DNA of 63,954 bases, filler included, from Perkinsus chesapeaki ATCC PRA-425 (GCA_013115145.1; 12 parts of 12 records of this genome joined end to end with filler, not necessarily neighbours in it), one strand, 5' to 3'; shown: positions 1 through 12,953, numbered from the whole stretch's first letter. A program made the numbers and translations. The notes: generated by a model not told the origin, from the sequence alone.

Positions 1-1
1 G

Positions 2-388
2 GCCGCCCTTCCCCCATCGGTTTCCGGAGACAAGCCTAACGAAGATGTCAAGCTATTCGTGTCGAAGCATGTTCTGACCAACGAGCAACTTGCGAGGTTC
101 CGCGAGTTGGAGTCTTCTTCCGGTACTGCAACTGTTCCACCCCTTACACGTCGTGTTCATCCTCTTGTTCAACAGACTCCTAACGGACGAGCATCTGGTA
201 CACAGACCCCGATTCCGGTCACTTCATCTCGTCGCTTCCCCCATACGAGATATTTCCTAGCCGCTTCGCAAGCAGAGGATGGATCGGTTTCTCAAGAAGT
301 GCAAAGATCTATCACAAAAACTCCGACTGGTCTATGGATTTGTTGTGATCGCTGCGACTGTTGGACAGAAGTTACAAGACTCGGATGA
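2..388 (+). CDS. 5'-truncated ORF ending in a W-x-C-C-D-x-C-x-x-W motif (zf-CW/PHD-like fragment), possibly the C-terminal end of a retroelement polyprotein
   Basis: The frame is open from the window start and reads GLWICCDRCDCWTEV near its end. A small internal duplication (GACTCGGATGAT twice) coincides with the stop. Confidence 0.3.
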   Translation, partial: AALPPSVSGDKPNEDVKLFVSKHVLTNEQLARFRELESSSGTATVPPLTRRVHPLVQQTPNGRASGTQTPIPVTSSRRFPHTRYFLAASQAEDGSVSQEVQRSITKTPTGLWICCDRCDCWTEVTRLG

Positions 389-1016
389 TACATATAGTTA
401 ATGACTAGTATTACAAGACTAGAAGTTGACTCGGATGATCGGAGATGGCGGTCGCCGTCCTCCTCACGTTGCATCTGAGGGGCTGTGATGAATCGGCTTC
501 CTACTCCCCCCTCGTGTAGTAAACGACCTAGCATATGATGTCGTCAGAATTTCGGCTCACCGGGTGGCATTCCCGTTGGTGGATGATTTACAGGTATCGT
601 ACACCGAGGTCTTGGCATCCCAGAAAATTTTCACGTAGGAAGATAGTATGGCACAAAACTCTATGGTCCAGAGATACTTTCATTTGATATCGGGTGTGGG
701 GTTATGGGTCGCCCTTCAGCCTCTAGTGGGGATTCTCATCCGTATATTATTTATATAACACCATCTTCCCTATCACATACTGCCTGACTGTGCAAGTCAA
801 CAACACGTTAATTTATGTGATGTAACTGTCTAGTCCTGGTTCCAAAGAGTGAGAGTTTATGTGAGGAATAAATAGTCAATGAAGTAAGTCATGTTCTGCA
901 AATCAAAAGGGATTAGAAATGAGCTTCAGAGTCTGAATTTCAGCCACGAAAGCTGCATTGGGTAAACTGGAGTCAGACTATCTGACTTTCTCATCAAGAG
1001 AACTCTGTGATAAAAA

Positions 1017-2123
1017 TCAGGTTCTGGTCTTGGCCAAGCCAATTCTAGAATCCTCTAACTCATAGAAGTAATAGTTTCCGATATATGCAGGGAGTCCGAT
1101 GACGAAGCTGGGGTCTTCGCTGAAGTCAATATCCAGCAAACACTTGTCCTCGTCTACCTTATTGACAATGCTCAGTGCGATTACCTCCAGCGGTACTGGT
1201 TCCCCTTGAAGACCTTGCAAGTAAAATGTTATAGCTGGTAGAAACTTGGCCTCGTCGCAAGGAATCACAAAGTTCCCTGATTCCTCTCTAATACCAACCT
1301 TCTTTTTACCAGCGGTCCGCAGGAGATTGAGAACCTTACTCTGTAGATAGAAAGAGAAGATCAGCTTCGGAGTGCCTGTATCGAGGACGGTAGATTCGTG
1401 GAACTCGATCTTGTTCCCCTTACCAATTTTGATACCAAGCAAGTTAATATATTGCTCATCATCATTGACAACTTTGATGTATCCAAGTAGACCATCATAT
1501 TTGGTAGGATCTTGGCCTCCTAGAATGACCTCTCCACTTGGGTGTTCTTCTGCCTTCATATATACAGAAAAAGAGCTTCTGTCGATAAGTCTCTCGCCAG
1601 CAGGCTGAGCAAGTAGCTGTTCTATGATAGTCATATAATCCGGGTACATTGATGACCACCGGGCTCTGAGACCAAGCGAAGCCCACACCGTTGACCGAGA
1701 CTCAGGTCCTGGAACGAACCCACATACCAGACCTATATTGATCCCTCGGGCAGATTCTGTGCCGAAGTTGATTGATGAGGTGTACAGGAAAGTTCTCACC
1801 CGTGAACCGTCATCGAACTTCAAAGTTTCACTAGGACCCGCCAGGCAAGGTGCAGGATCGCATTCGTAACATTTGTAGATTGTTGACGCACAGCTCCCAT
1901 TCTGTGTAGCTTCGTACCATGTCTTCCATAGGAAGAACAAATATACTCCACCAGTATCGACCAAAGCATTAACATTGATGCCGTCTATGTGCAGATTGAC
2001 CAGAGGATTCAATACACTAGATGATGAACCTGTCCTTTCCAAGAAGATATCCATCCTTCCCGCCTTATCAGCAAGCACCACTGTGTCACACAGGAGGAAA
2101 AATATAAAGTGAAGGCCAGTCAT
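1017..2123 (-). CDS. Pepsin-family (A1) aspartic protease, secreted, intronless, ~368 aa
   Basis: Two catalytic motifs (ALVDTGG, VLDTGT), GEVILGGQDPTKY, and C-terminal RIGLAK. A hydrophobic signal-like N-terminus follows ATG 2123 (MTGLHFIFFLLCDTVVLA). Confidence 0.9.
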   Translation of the reverse strand: MTGLHFIFFLLCDTVVLADKAGRMDIFLERTGSSSSVLNPLVNLHIDGINVNALVDTGGVYLFFLWKTWYEATQNGSCASTIYKCYECDPAPCLAGPSETLKFDDGSRVRTFLYTSSINFGTESARGINIGLVCGFVPGPESRSTVWASLGLRARWSSMYPDYMTIIEQLLAQPAGERLIDRSSFSVYMKAEEHPSGEVILGGQDPTKYDGLLGYIKVVNDDEQYINLLGIKIGKGNKIEFHESTVLDTGTPKLIFSFYLQSKVLNLLRTAGKKKVGIREESGNFVIPCDEAKFLPAITFYLQGLQGEPVPLEVIALSIVNKVDEDKCLLDIDFSEDPSFVIGLPAYIGNYYFYELEDSRIGLAKTRT

Positions 2124-3050
2124 CTTAGCAGCTGACAGGATAGTGAAGGTTTTTGTGTTTGACTTTGTTCGTTTGTTCATACGCTTATTCGCCCTTGCAC
2201 GTAAATGCATAATTTAGACAAGTTCGTGAGTCGGGGTCTGTTCTCACATATCTTAGACATGCGTTCCACCAGCGGTGCTCCGTCTTACCCCTATCTTTTA
2301 GTACGAAACAACGAAGTCAATATGAAGAATACTCTGCTATTCAAGGTCGAGAGCCCGCATGCGCAAACCCCCTTGGACGTCACACCTGCGACTGTCTCTG
2401 TGACTAATATGAAGAACGGGAGATGATGCCTAGAGTGCGGTCCTATGTCGACGTCTCGGTAGGGTTACAGAATAAAGTTATCAGTGTTGAAGTGAACGTC
2501 GGCGAAGCGGCGTGTTCGAGGCTCGGCACGCGAAACACTAGGAGGCACCAGGCATCCTTCTCAAAGTTTGTATCAGCGATCTCGCCGAGATTGTCTCTGT
2601 GAAGTGCAAGCTTAGGAAGATTGGCGTTACGGCAAGGGTTAGAGCGGACGCTCTAGACGAGTTCACGGCCATGCAATGAAGGGCGCTCTACCGGTCGGGC
2701 TTGTAGCACTTCTGCTCACGTGACCGAATTGTATCAGATCGTCGGAACCTATAATTCAGGCGGCTCGGCCGACCCCGGGCCCCAAAAGAGGCTTGAATCG
2801 TCAGCGGGACGTATTATACGTCACGTATATCGGGTTGATTACCTCGCTGAAACTGCGATACCACAAGCACACGCCGACCTGCGTAGGAGTGATGGCTTCG
2901 ATGAGAGAGAGGGGCGGTCACGAGACCTAAATCACCGATGTCACATCGAGTACGTAATTCGCATAAATGAACAGCAGGCAGCCCACGCTATAATCTCGTT
3001 TGTCCAGTTCCCATCTCTTACAGCTTTGCTGTTTCATTAGCATCACGAAT

Positions 3051-3467
3051 ATGACTTCAGCTGGAAGGACCCTCTCAATGCCCCAATTTATTAAGATGAT
3101 GGTTGTTACACTCCTTACCGTCTATGAAACTGGCTGCTATGGAGCCGATGCAGGGTATTATTTCGGTGCGAAGAGTGGCTTGGTCCTTGTATGGGATATC
3201 ACTAGTAAAGAGGGTAAGACCTACCATGTCGACGTAACACTACTGAACTCGAAAATGGAGGCTATGACTTGCAGGAACGTTATATTCGGTCCAACTGCAT
3301 ACTTGACTACTTTTAAACACGTGCCGTTAAAAGGTTCGTGCCTTGATGATCTAGCTGCTCACGGCGGTCTCAAAGGAGAGTTGTATGTACAGATGTATAA
3401 TAAGGCTTGCGTCGTCCATATTGGTAGTTTCCAAATTCAAGTTACCGAAGTTAGCCCGCAAGGATAA
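3051..3467 (+). CDS. Small intronless putative secreted protein, lineage-specific
   Basis: ~138-aa ORF with a hydrophobic N-terminal stretch (MMVVTLLTVYETGCYGA) followed by a beta-rich region. No family recognised. Confidence 0.5.
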   Translation: MTSAGRTLSMPQFIKMMVVTLLTVYETGCYGADAGYYFGAKSGLVLVWDITSKEGKTYHVDVTLLNSKMEAMTCRNVIFGPTAYLTTFKHVPLKGSCLDDLAAHGGLKGELYVQMYNKACVVHIGSFQIQVTEVSPQG

Positions 3468-4525
3468 AGGGACCGGTGGCTTTAGAGTCGCAGGTCTCTA
3501 TGTCTGCTCTTGGTCTTGCGATGGTTCTGTACGAAGCCCTGTTGTGGCTTCCTACATTTCCAGTCGATCACAAGCGCTACACTTCTATCGACTTTTATGA
3601 CTAACAGCTAAGTATTGGCGTACAAAGCCTCTATCAATCTTCTCTATTGTTTGTTGCTTTACTGTCTGGGTTCTTGTGTTAATCCAGTATCTTAGATCTT
3701 GAATTACGGACGAAGAGAATCTCTTCGAACAGAATGGGTCTCTTCCAGAGTTAACCTTGTACGTTGAGCGCGAAGAAACCTACTTGTGAATGTAAGCTAA
3801 GGATGAGGAGCCATTGTAAGCTATCCGTTTATGTTAGCCATTATGAACCATGATTTATTAACACGTAATCCATGCAACTTCACATTGTTCAAAATAGGCT
3901 TCAACCATTCGGGTTCCTCCTAGCTAGCCTAACTTGCTACACTGACTTGCACTACTACTGTGTGACTACAACACAATGGGACAGGACAAGGAACCGATTC
4001 CGTCTCGAACTGCACCTCCAAATCATTAGGAGGATTTCAAAGGGAAGAGGAATACCGGTGGCGTTAGATATCCGGAGAAACAATCCTATCTTTATCTCGC
4101 AATGTAGAGCATACCAAGCTTTCGCGTCTGTGAGCAGCTGTTCCAAGCTGCCTACACATTTCAGTGGGATGATTTTACCAGCGTTCGATTCGTCCCCCAC
4201 TGAGCTGAACCAAAGTCGCACTATCTGATGGCTGATCGAATGTGATGTCACCGACCCGAATAGAGTTCTTTGCACATGGCTTGTCGGTGTGCACCGCGGG
4301 GGCACACGTAGCAGTTACTGGAAGACTATCTAGTTCCCCTGGCATTTGATAGTTTATTACCACGATTTGTAGACTACAAACTCAACAGAAGAATATTAAG
4401 AGGAGAAGGTCTATTGAGAAAGGGCCGAGCGATCTCCTCACAGCTCTTGCTCCTTCCCAGTTTCCGGGGTCGGAGTGGACGAGGCTTCCTAAACGAACGA
4501 ACATTAACCAAATGGACGCTTTCAA

Positions 4526-5831
4526 TTATGTTTTCACCTCGTCGAGTGGAAGTTCACCACAATCTGCGATAACGACCTTCTTGTTGGGAGTTCCACTCTG
4601 ACTGCCGACTGCCTCAATCTTCTTAACCTAACAAAAAAATGACCCTTTTGAAGCAGATGAACTCGACCGAGTGTCCCTCATTTGCCAACAAGTGCGGAAA
4701 TCGGAAGCATCTTTCCAGCGAAGGAGGAAATACAACCCTTGTGGGAACGTCCCACAACTTATCGATGATGCTATACAACAGGGAAGGGGCCAATCCGTTC
4801 TACTATGCACAAGCTTCAGCTATATAACCAACACCCCCGATACCAGCACCAACCACTCCCGACAATCTTACAACATCGACGCCCTTGGAGACTTTACCAA
4901 AGACGACATGCCTATTATTGAGCCACGGAGTCTTATCAACAGTAATGAAAAACTGCGAACCATTCGAATCTGGACCAGCGTTAGCCATCGATAACAAATA
5001 AGGCTTATTGTGCTTCAGGCCAAAGTTCTGAAAAGAAATATCTTTTTATGAAGGAAAGTGCACGGTCAACCTCATCAGGGAACTTCTCGCCATAGATAGA
5101 CTCGCCGCCCATGCCGTTGCCCTTGGTGAAGTCTCCGCCTTGACACATGAAACCAGGGATGACCTGAAATGCGGACATACACAGTAGCTTGCTTAGTAGT
5201 GCTTACCCTATGGAAAGTGGAACCCTTATACCAGAGGGGTTTGCCACTCTTTCCGACACCCTTCTCGCCGGTGCATAATGCACGGAAGTTCTCAGCGGTC
5301 TTTGGCACTTGTTTGCCATAAAGCTCGAACTCGATGCGCCCTGAAATTGGAAGAATCACCTACAATGGGTCCTTAAAAAGAATATATCATCACGATAGAA
5401 GAGGATGCTAAGTTCAATGAAGCTTATAAACGCAAAAATAATGACAGATAAACTAACAAATTGAAGGACTATAAAATACAATTATACACAATATCTGCAT
5501 TATGACACCGCCTTGACTGAGCACTTTATATTCATAAAACTTCGGCGGAAAAACATAAATTTGTGGTAAAGGAAGAGATGTGAATTCTCTTCTACGGGAA
5601 CTGCGGCAACCACTTCTAGGTATCCAGTTTGGATACATATTAGGTTAAGTGAGACACTCATAACAAGATTCGAATAAGCTCATTAACTGTACCTTCAGGC
5701 TTGCCATCGATTTCAATGTCGAAATAAACCCGACTTGTCACCGTTTTATCGACTTTCTTCTTTTTGGCATCAACCGATGTGATAACCGCAACAAGGGTCA
5801 CAAAAAATGCGAAAAATTGGCGAGTGCGCAT
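4526..5831 (-). CDS. Cyclophilin-type peptidyl-prolyl isomerase with signal peptide (cyclophilin B-like), 5 exons, 207 aa
   Basis: Exons 5831-5693, 5340-5207, 5163-5071, 5027-4872 and 4627-4526 join in frame with GT-AG boundaries. Motifs: [72 protein letters not shown]. Confidence 0.95.
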
Positions 5832-6500
5832 TGTTTAAAACTAACTGAATGATATATTAACAGTACCTCAGAAGCCCCAAACATCCACCCGATGTCGGAG
5901 TTTGGACCCGGAATAGGCTAAAGCCCATTTGGAGAACGCTATAACGAATTTAAGAGTTGCACCTAGGTTAATATCATCGACCGAGTCTCCGAGCTGGAGA
6001 ACATCAAGAAGGGTCGCTGGTGGTTAAGGTTAGCTACATAAAAGGTAACACAAGGAAGAGGAAAGATAAGATTCCTAGGCAGATCACTAGCGTGTGCTCC
6101 TTGATTTTGGAAATACACGAAATAACGTCGAAGAATGTCAGGTGACCCGGAGGGAAGGAGGCAGTGATCAAAGAAAGCGGAGTGTTGATCCGCGTTACGC
6201 GGACCGCGAATAAGTCTTGTACAGGAAGCGTCTATTGATAAGTTATCAATGATAACCTCCCAGCACATTTCCGTTCATAAGCGCCTGGAGAAAAACACAG
6301 AAAAAGTACGGCAAAGTGCTCCCGACGGAGGCACGTTCTGGTACCGGTGGAGGCAGTCTGAAAAAAGTGCGCACTAATAAGTATGAGAGGATCCTCGGAA
6401 CACACGAGAGCCAATTGTGAACACTCCTTTGTGCCGTCTTTTTACCCATTTTAACTCAGATCAGTTAGACGGACAAGCGTTGCCATAAATACAGTACAAC

Positions 6501-6600
6501 NNNNNNNNNNNNNNNNNNNNNNNNNNNNNNNNNNNNNNNNNNNNTTAATTAATTAANNNNNNNNNNNNNNNNNNNNNNNNNNNNNNNNNNNNNNNNNNNN
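6501..6600. other. Artificial contig-joining spacer (44N + TTAATTAATTAA + 44N); one of 11
   Basis: The same 100-bp pattern occurs at 6501-6600, 12854-12953, 18802-18901, 22012-22111, 26245-26344, 28238-28337, 29674-29773, 30824-30923, 56386-56485, 59070-59169 and 62761-62860. The linker has stops in all six frames. Plain N gaps without the linker are at 21101-21198, 39434-39530 and 42652-42748. Confidence 0.98.
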
Positions 6601-7689
6601 TCTTCGTCTAAACCACCTTTTTTGGTATGACATACGTTGGGCCCGAAAGTGACATACGTTGGGCCCGGTGGGCCACCGTCAGGGGAGCTGTCTCCACTTT
6701 TCGTCCAGCAAAACACAGGAATTACCGGGAACTCTTCCAAAAGCCTTTTTTGTATGGATGCTGACATGCTATAATTCAGACTACGAATTTCGTAGCATAC
6801 TGTAGAATGATATTATGATAGAACGTCGTGTGTCTGATTGAGAGCCGTTGTACACCTGGTGAAATTGGTCCCCACAGAGTCACAATTGATGACATGCTGA
6901 GGCACACGTTGGAATGCTTCAGTATCAAGTTGCTAAGCTTCAGAAGGTAGTTAATAAGAGAAATGTAGAGATTCCAATGGAGGGGGCGTAATGCACACTA
7001 ACACTTTCATTCAGACTCCCTTTCGAGAGACACTAAAAAGGAGGTCCCTTAAAGAGGAGTTATACAAGATTCCCTTCTGACATCATATCCCTCAAATCGC
7101 ATGTCAGCTAGAATTTAGTCCAAGTCGGCAGCTCCTTAGCTGACTGAGTCAGCGTGACTTCTACCATGCTGCTTCGCATGGTACAAGGTGCAAGATGCGT
7201 CGCATTCCTATTGGTGCAATGTGAGACCTCCGTGGGTCTCACGTATTCGAGTCACTATGCTCAACCCATACGAAGTTCGTGTCACGAACAACGGACCGAG
7301 CACGGTGATACGAAAACCACTAGTCTAATGGTGAACCATTATGAGAACCATTATGGTTCTCGAGGCATCATCGATCTCTTCAATAAGACGTCCTTTAATA
7401 TCTTCCTGAATTTCTCTCTGGGGCCGAAACCAGTCCCGGACTTCAACAATGAGCGAACCCTCGAAGAAGGCGGTCGAGTCCATGATGGACTTGTACTAAT
7501 TGATGGCGAGAGGCTACATAAGGGGGTTTTGAGTAAGCTTAATGCTACGAATGCCGATGTTCATTGCCGATGAACTACATCACCACGATGTCATCGTGTT
7601 ACGAGCGGCCTACCTCCCAAATTGCGAGATATTGCGAGTCGCAACGCCGCATCTGTAAACTGTTATGTGGATGGTTCTCAGATTTAACA

Positions 7690-8940
7690 TCTACGTTGAA
7701 GGTTAACCAGTTTGCTGCCATGACTCAAGACGAGTTCACCAGGAAGATGTTTTCACCAAGTTCATGTCCACAAGATTCTGTTCTGTTCGGCATTGTTTCA
7801 ACGTTCACGAGTTAGCTGCTTCAGTCACACTCCCACAAAAGAATCGATATGAGAAGCCGAACAACTCTCTGGAGGGCTTTCCGTCAGAACTCGACTGGGT
7901 TCAAAAACCCAGGTGCTGTTACTAGCCCAGTCAAGCAGGGTCGATGTGGCAGTTGCTACGCGATGGAGGCATTAGGCAGGCTTTGAATAATTACAACGTT
8001 GTCAATTTCCGTTGCTCAAGCCTCCTGTAGACGGTGCTTGCGTTTGTCCTATATTTCCACCCTACCCATCATGTGCTTTGTTTCAGAGGTACCGTGGAAG
8101 CCGCGTGCTGGACCAAACGAAAATGCTGCCTAGACTGTCGGTACAGCACGTAGTTTATTGTTCGCGCCGCGAGTTTCGCGGGAACAAGGCAACTCACAAG
8201 CGCCTTCCCCAAGGTTGTGTACTACGACGTTTTTCAGTGGCTGTGTGAAGGGGTTTCGCAAGCCCACTCTAGATTATATATATAAGTGTAGGATCGTGTC
8301 CCCTGATGACTATCCCTATGAATGCAAAGATCAACAGCGCAAAGAGGTTGTATTCGATAAGACCAAACAGTACTTGAAGGTGAGGCCAGCTCTCACATAC
8401 CTGTTGTTCCCGTATGGCTTACTCAGCCCGGGGACTTATCACGAACGCATCTCATCAGAATGCACCTTGGGGATCTCGAAGGCCGTTTTGTCCAGTTACA
8501 GGGTCGGTCCCATAGCGATTAGACTTGACGCTGAAATTCCAGAGTGGCGATCATTAAGGGGGGGGATTCTGGAATGTGAGGCATCAATTTCCCTAAGGTC
8601 GAGCATTCATCTCAGCCTTCTATTGCGAAAACCACACGGTTCTCCTCATCGGTTATGCGGTTGAGAATGGAAAAACTTAAGTGACCGACCATAGTTTCGT
8701 TGCGCATCCTAAACTTCGTTAGTATCCGATAGTTACTGGGTTATAAGAAACAGCTGGGGCACGGGTTTGGGAGAGGGTGGTTATGATAGAATTCCAAGAC
8801 ATCCCGAAGTCAAACAGGGCGCAGGTGAGTATACGATACATCATCACACTTGCTGTCCGCAACTTGCGGGAAATATTACCTCTCGGCTAATCTCAGGCTT
8901 TTGCAATATGATGTATCATTTTGCCGTCTGTCTACAATTC
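7690..8940 (+). pseudogene. Papain-family (C1A, cathepsin L-like) cysteine protease with apparent frameshift(s); boundaries approximate
   Basis: I29-like LKVNQFAAMTQDEF, ELDWVQK, QGRCGSCYA (catalytic Cys), LSVQHVVYCS, GPIAIRLDA, NHTVLLIGY (His), YWVIRNSWG (Asn). DWVQK and GAVTSPVK lie in different frames near 7908 with no room for an intron. Confidence 0.75.
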
Positions 8941-11900
8941 TCGGGCTCTATGTCACCGCATGTTTGCCGTAAAGGTAACTCATTATCAACTGCGAAACCT
9001 CGTATCAGTGTCTACCGCTATTAGGAGTTTATGAATCTGGGTAATACTGTCGTGTTATACTGATCGACCTCCATCATTGCATGCGCAATGCATCGGAGCC
9101 TTCACGTGTGCTTATGCTCCTTTTTCTGTTAGCTGGGTTTTTCGAATGACCTAAGATGAGGCCAAGCTTTGAGAAGTGGTTCTTTTAGTCCCACCTCCTT
9201 GGTCAGTAGCTTCACCTCTTCACACAAAAGGTGGTGTGTTCGTCACTTCTCCTGATGAAGATGTACTCTCTCTTGCATTGCTTGCAATTCCTCGGGTTTC
9301 ATAAGGCTAGCTTTCTCCAGGTTGTGTATTCTTGCCGCAGATATGTAACAGGACTCCTGTTGGAGGATGTTCCTTAAACTTGTGCTCTATCGAAATAAAG
9401 AGTTCAATCGCGTCCCCAACGATAGCGGCGGGAAGAGCTTGCCGGAAGTTCACGGGTGACCAGGCGGAGCTGACGTGTAATTTGTCGTATCTGATATGGA
9501 GGCTGCAATGTGCTTACCATCAAGCGAACAACGCGACCCCAATCGAGACTCGATTGTGAACAATGCATCTCTGCCTCGGGCACAGCTGCCATCATCATCC
9601 CCTGCTCAAAATTCATCAAGGAGTCGTGATGCGTCGGAGCGTGTCCTTCTACTATCTTATCCGTTAACCGGATTGATCGAGTTGGTATTGATGACGTTAG
9701 GCATAGCTTGGGGAAGGTGGTTATTGTAGTGTTCTGTCAGCATTTCCTTCTAACACTGACGGTAATGTGTTCACTCCGGGGCGGCGGACCGATGACAAGG
9801 GTCTCGTCCGCCTATAATCAGTTTACTAGTCCACAATCGCAAGCTATTGCATGATTTTAATGGTGTTACAAGGCTCACACTTAACTTTAAGTGTGTACTG
9901 TAGGTCCACTGTAGTTTAACAAGTACAGGCTCTTGCTGCCTGCAAGTCTGGATACACATCCAGCAAGTTGCTGGATGTGTCCTCAGAGCTCCTCAGTGTC
10001 CAAATATTTCGAGCTTCTATCGATAGGCACAGTTAAATAACGCAGCAACCTCGTGGCTCTCTATCGGAGGAGCCGCGGAATCGAGACAAATAATTCATAT
10101 TAAGCTCGTTCAACGGATCCGGAGTGTGTTACCCCCTCGACGTAACGTCGAATAGTTTCGGGTTCGGATACCCCCTTGGCCTTCAATGAGTTTGATTTCA
10201 AAAGACAAGGTAGTGAGTGGCTAAACCAACGTAAGACATTTTGAGACATTCTTTAATTCTTGGCATATGTGGGAAGGATGGGAAAATTGCATGTTGCATG
10301 GGGCAAATGGAATTATAGGTGACTAGTAGTTACTAACTACAAATAGATAGTTTTCAAGCCTACTACGCTCATAATGCTCACCGAGTTGCAATTCGTTGAG
10401 CTTCGCGGCCAGCTGCCCATACATAAGCTTCTTTACTCTGTTCCCCGCGCCACGGAATTCCATCATGTGATGACTGATGTCTTGGTAATACAAAGTTGGC
10501 ATTCTTGTGCGAGTCGATCCCACCCGCCTGTGATCCCATCGAGAGCCCTGTAACGGGGTATTGGGAAGCTGCTCGTATTTCCGCTGACACCAGTGCGACA
10601 GCTGATGATGATGGATGCCATCGAGAATTCTTCGATGGAGGATCTTTTGGAGATCCCGAATGTTGCGTCGTCGTCCATCTAATGAAGTAGTTTCCAAGTA
10701 TATTGGCGTGTCACGTCTAATCCAAGCCACCGTTGTTAAGTCAAGAATAACCTGCAATTTCAAGCATCCCTTGCAATATGAAGTAGAGCAAAGCGCAGAG
10801 AAGTAAAACCCAAGCATTTGAAAGAGCTTCGCGAGCGAAGCTAGAAAAAATGAATGGAAGTCAAGTAACTTACTTGAAGTAAGTGACCTCAACTTTACTC
10901 GAATACTCAAATCGTTACATCGCCGAGACGTTTGCTCTCAGGGTTTCGCTGACAAGGCGTGAAACACAACTGAGAACGTCAATAACATCATGTTATATGG
11001 GCTTTGAACTTCATTATAGGGCTGTACGGCAAGTATTACTTGGCGGTAGTCGGCGACTATTACGGAAATGTTCCTACTCAGCGCTTATTGTTGAATGTAC
11101 CTTCATAATAATAGTGCATTGTTATCCAGTCGAGTGCTCCCTTCGTAGCTCATATTTGCTAGCATATGAATGGCGTTACTTGCTTCGAGGAGGAGTACTC
11201 CTACTGACTCTTCTGGAGCTTCCCTGGAGAAGCGGCTTCCTGATAGACTTAGTCTGTGTAGGACCTCGACTTGGGTAAATTGAAGTGAATTGAAGAACTC
11301 GAGGTCCTCGATTCCTTCAATTCACTGATTGGTTATATTCGCGACCACCCCTGCGGTAGATCCTGTATGTTGTCATTACACAGTGCCATGTATGTATGTC
11401 CACGTCGTAGCGACGTGGAGTCCACGTCGTGCCAGTTTTGTTTTACCAACAGGCCGACTGGTGAGTAACTCATCATGAGTTAGAACGGTTCTAACCAAAC
11501 CCTCCCTTGTGATCATTGGCGTCTAGGCGCAAGCCTTGTTCACCGAACTCGTAGGTTAACATAGGTAACTCGTAGGTAACTCGTAGGTACTCACATTGCA
11601 CCGAACATTGTTGTCGTGCTTCTCTCCTTTGTAGTGGACCCTCGGAGTACATAAGAAATTCGTATTAGGAATTCAATTACCTCTCTGTTGTATGGAGATT
11701 ACGGCCATCGCTATAAACCACCACCCGATACAGTATGAAAGGCTGTGCAATATCAAGTTCCCGCCTGGCCCAGGCGGCCTGGGCTTCAGGTCACAGGTTG
11801 TGACCGTCTCCTTTCGTATGTACAAGAATAGGCTTGTTGGTAACCGTTTCATAAAGTGTTTCTTCTTCATCCCATGGCGTGCTTAAATAAAAGCAATGTC

Positions 11901-12953
11901 ATGTTTATCAGTTGTACCGTTGAGTGCACCTCTTGTTTCTGGATTTTTTCATAACAGTATGCAATACACCTCGGACGTAAATTGTAGAGGCCTCGTGGTC
12001 CAAGGCTAACAACAGACAAAACCTGAACCGACGAGTAACTATCCTATGTTGAAGCTTGATGGCGCAATGCACTTCGATTATGTATTATGTGATCAGTCTG
12101 CCACCGTCTCCGCTTATAAAAGTACCGAGTAGTCTAGAGCAGCGTCATACAACCCTGAGAACACCTCGATCGTAGCTTCCCCTCGTATACATAGGCCTAC
12201 TTGACGCATGTGGCTCACACAGTCGATAAGAACTGCTGAAGGGAGCTGAAGAACACATACTTAACAGTATGGAGTCCATACTATGGAGGGAGGCAGAAGT
12301 CGTGACAGTGCCATCCCTGTCATAAGTGGATGAGTACCTCAAAAGTAAGATTCAGAAGGTGTTAGTAAGCATGTTAATGCCACTCATGCAAAGATGCATA
12401 GGTAGTGAATGAGGAGCTCAGTGAACCATGTGCTGTTGTTATCCAGGTCAATATGAATTCTCAAACCGGAATACCGCGGGTTGGGCAAAGAAAGAGCATG
12501 GAGCAGTTCCGCGGAACTACCTCGCGCCGCCACATTGAGCCGTTCACGTGCTCGCCAAAAAAGGTCGTGAAGCTTACTTTTTATATGCCAGAATGAGACG
12601 AATAATGGAACGGTATAAATCTACATATTGGCAGGTCTCAGGGAAAGGTGCAATAACGATTCTTTTGAGAATTTTTGTGTGTCATCGTGAGCACATGGAA
12701 CTTTCAGTGAGGAACGTGCATGGCGCCACAATTGCGCCGCTACTATTATATTGTCCTGTGCACACACACCCTCCTTGAAGAAGTGTGGTCAACTCGTTGG
12801 GCTGGTTTACTCGGCCGGGACGCCCCGTTGCACAAGATAAGAGGGACAGAAGCNNNNNNNNNNNNNNNNNNNNNNNNNNNNNNNNNNNNNNNNNNNNTTA
12901 ATTAATTAANNNNNNNNNNNNNNNNNNNNNNNNNNNNNNNNNNNNNNNNNNNN

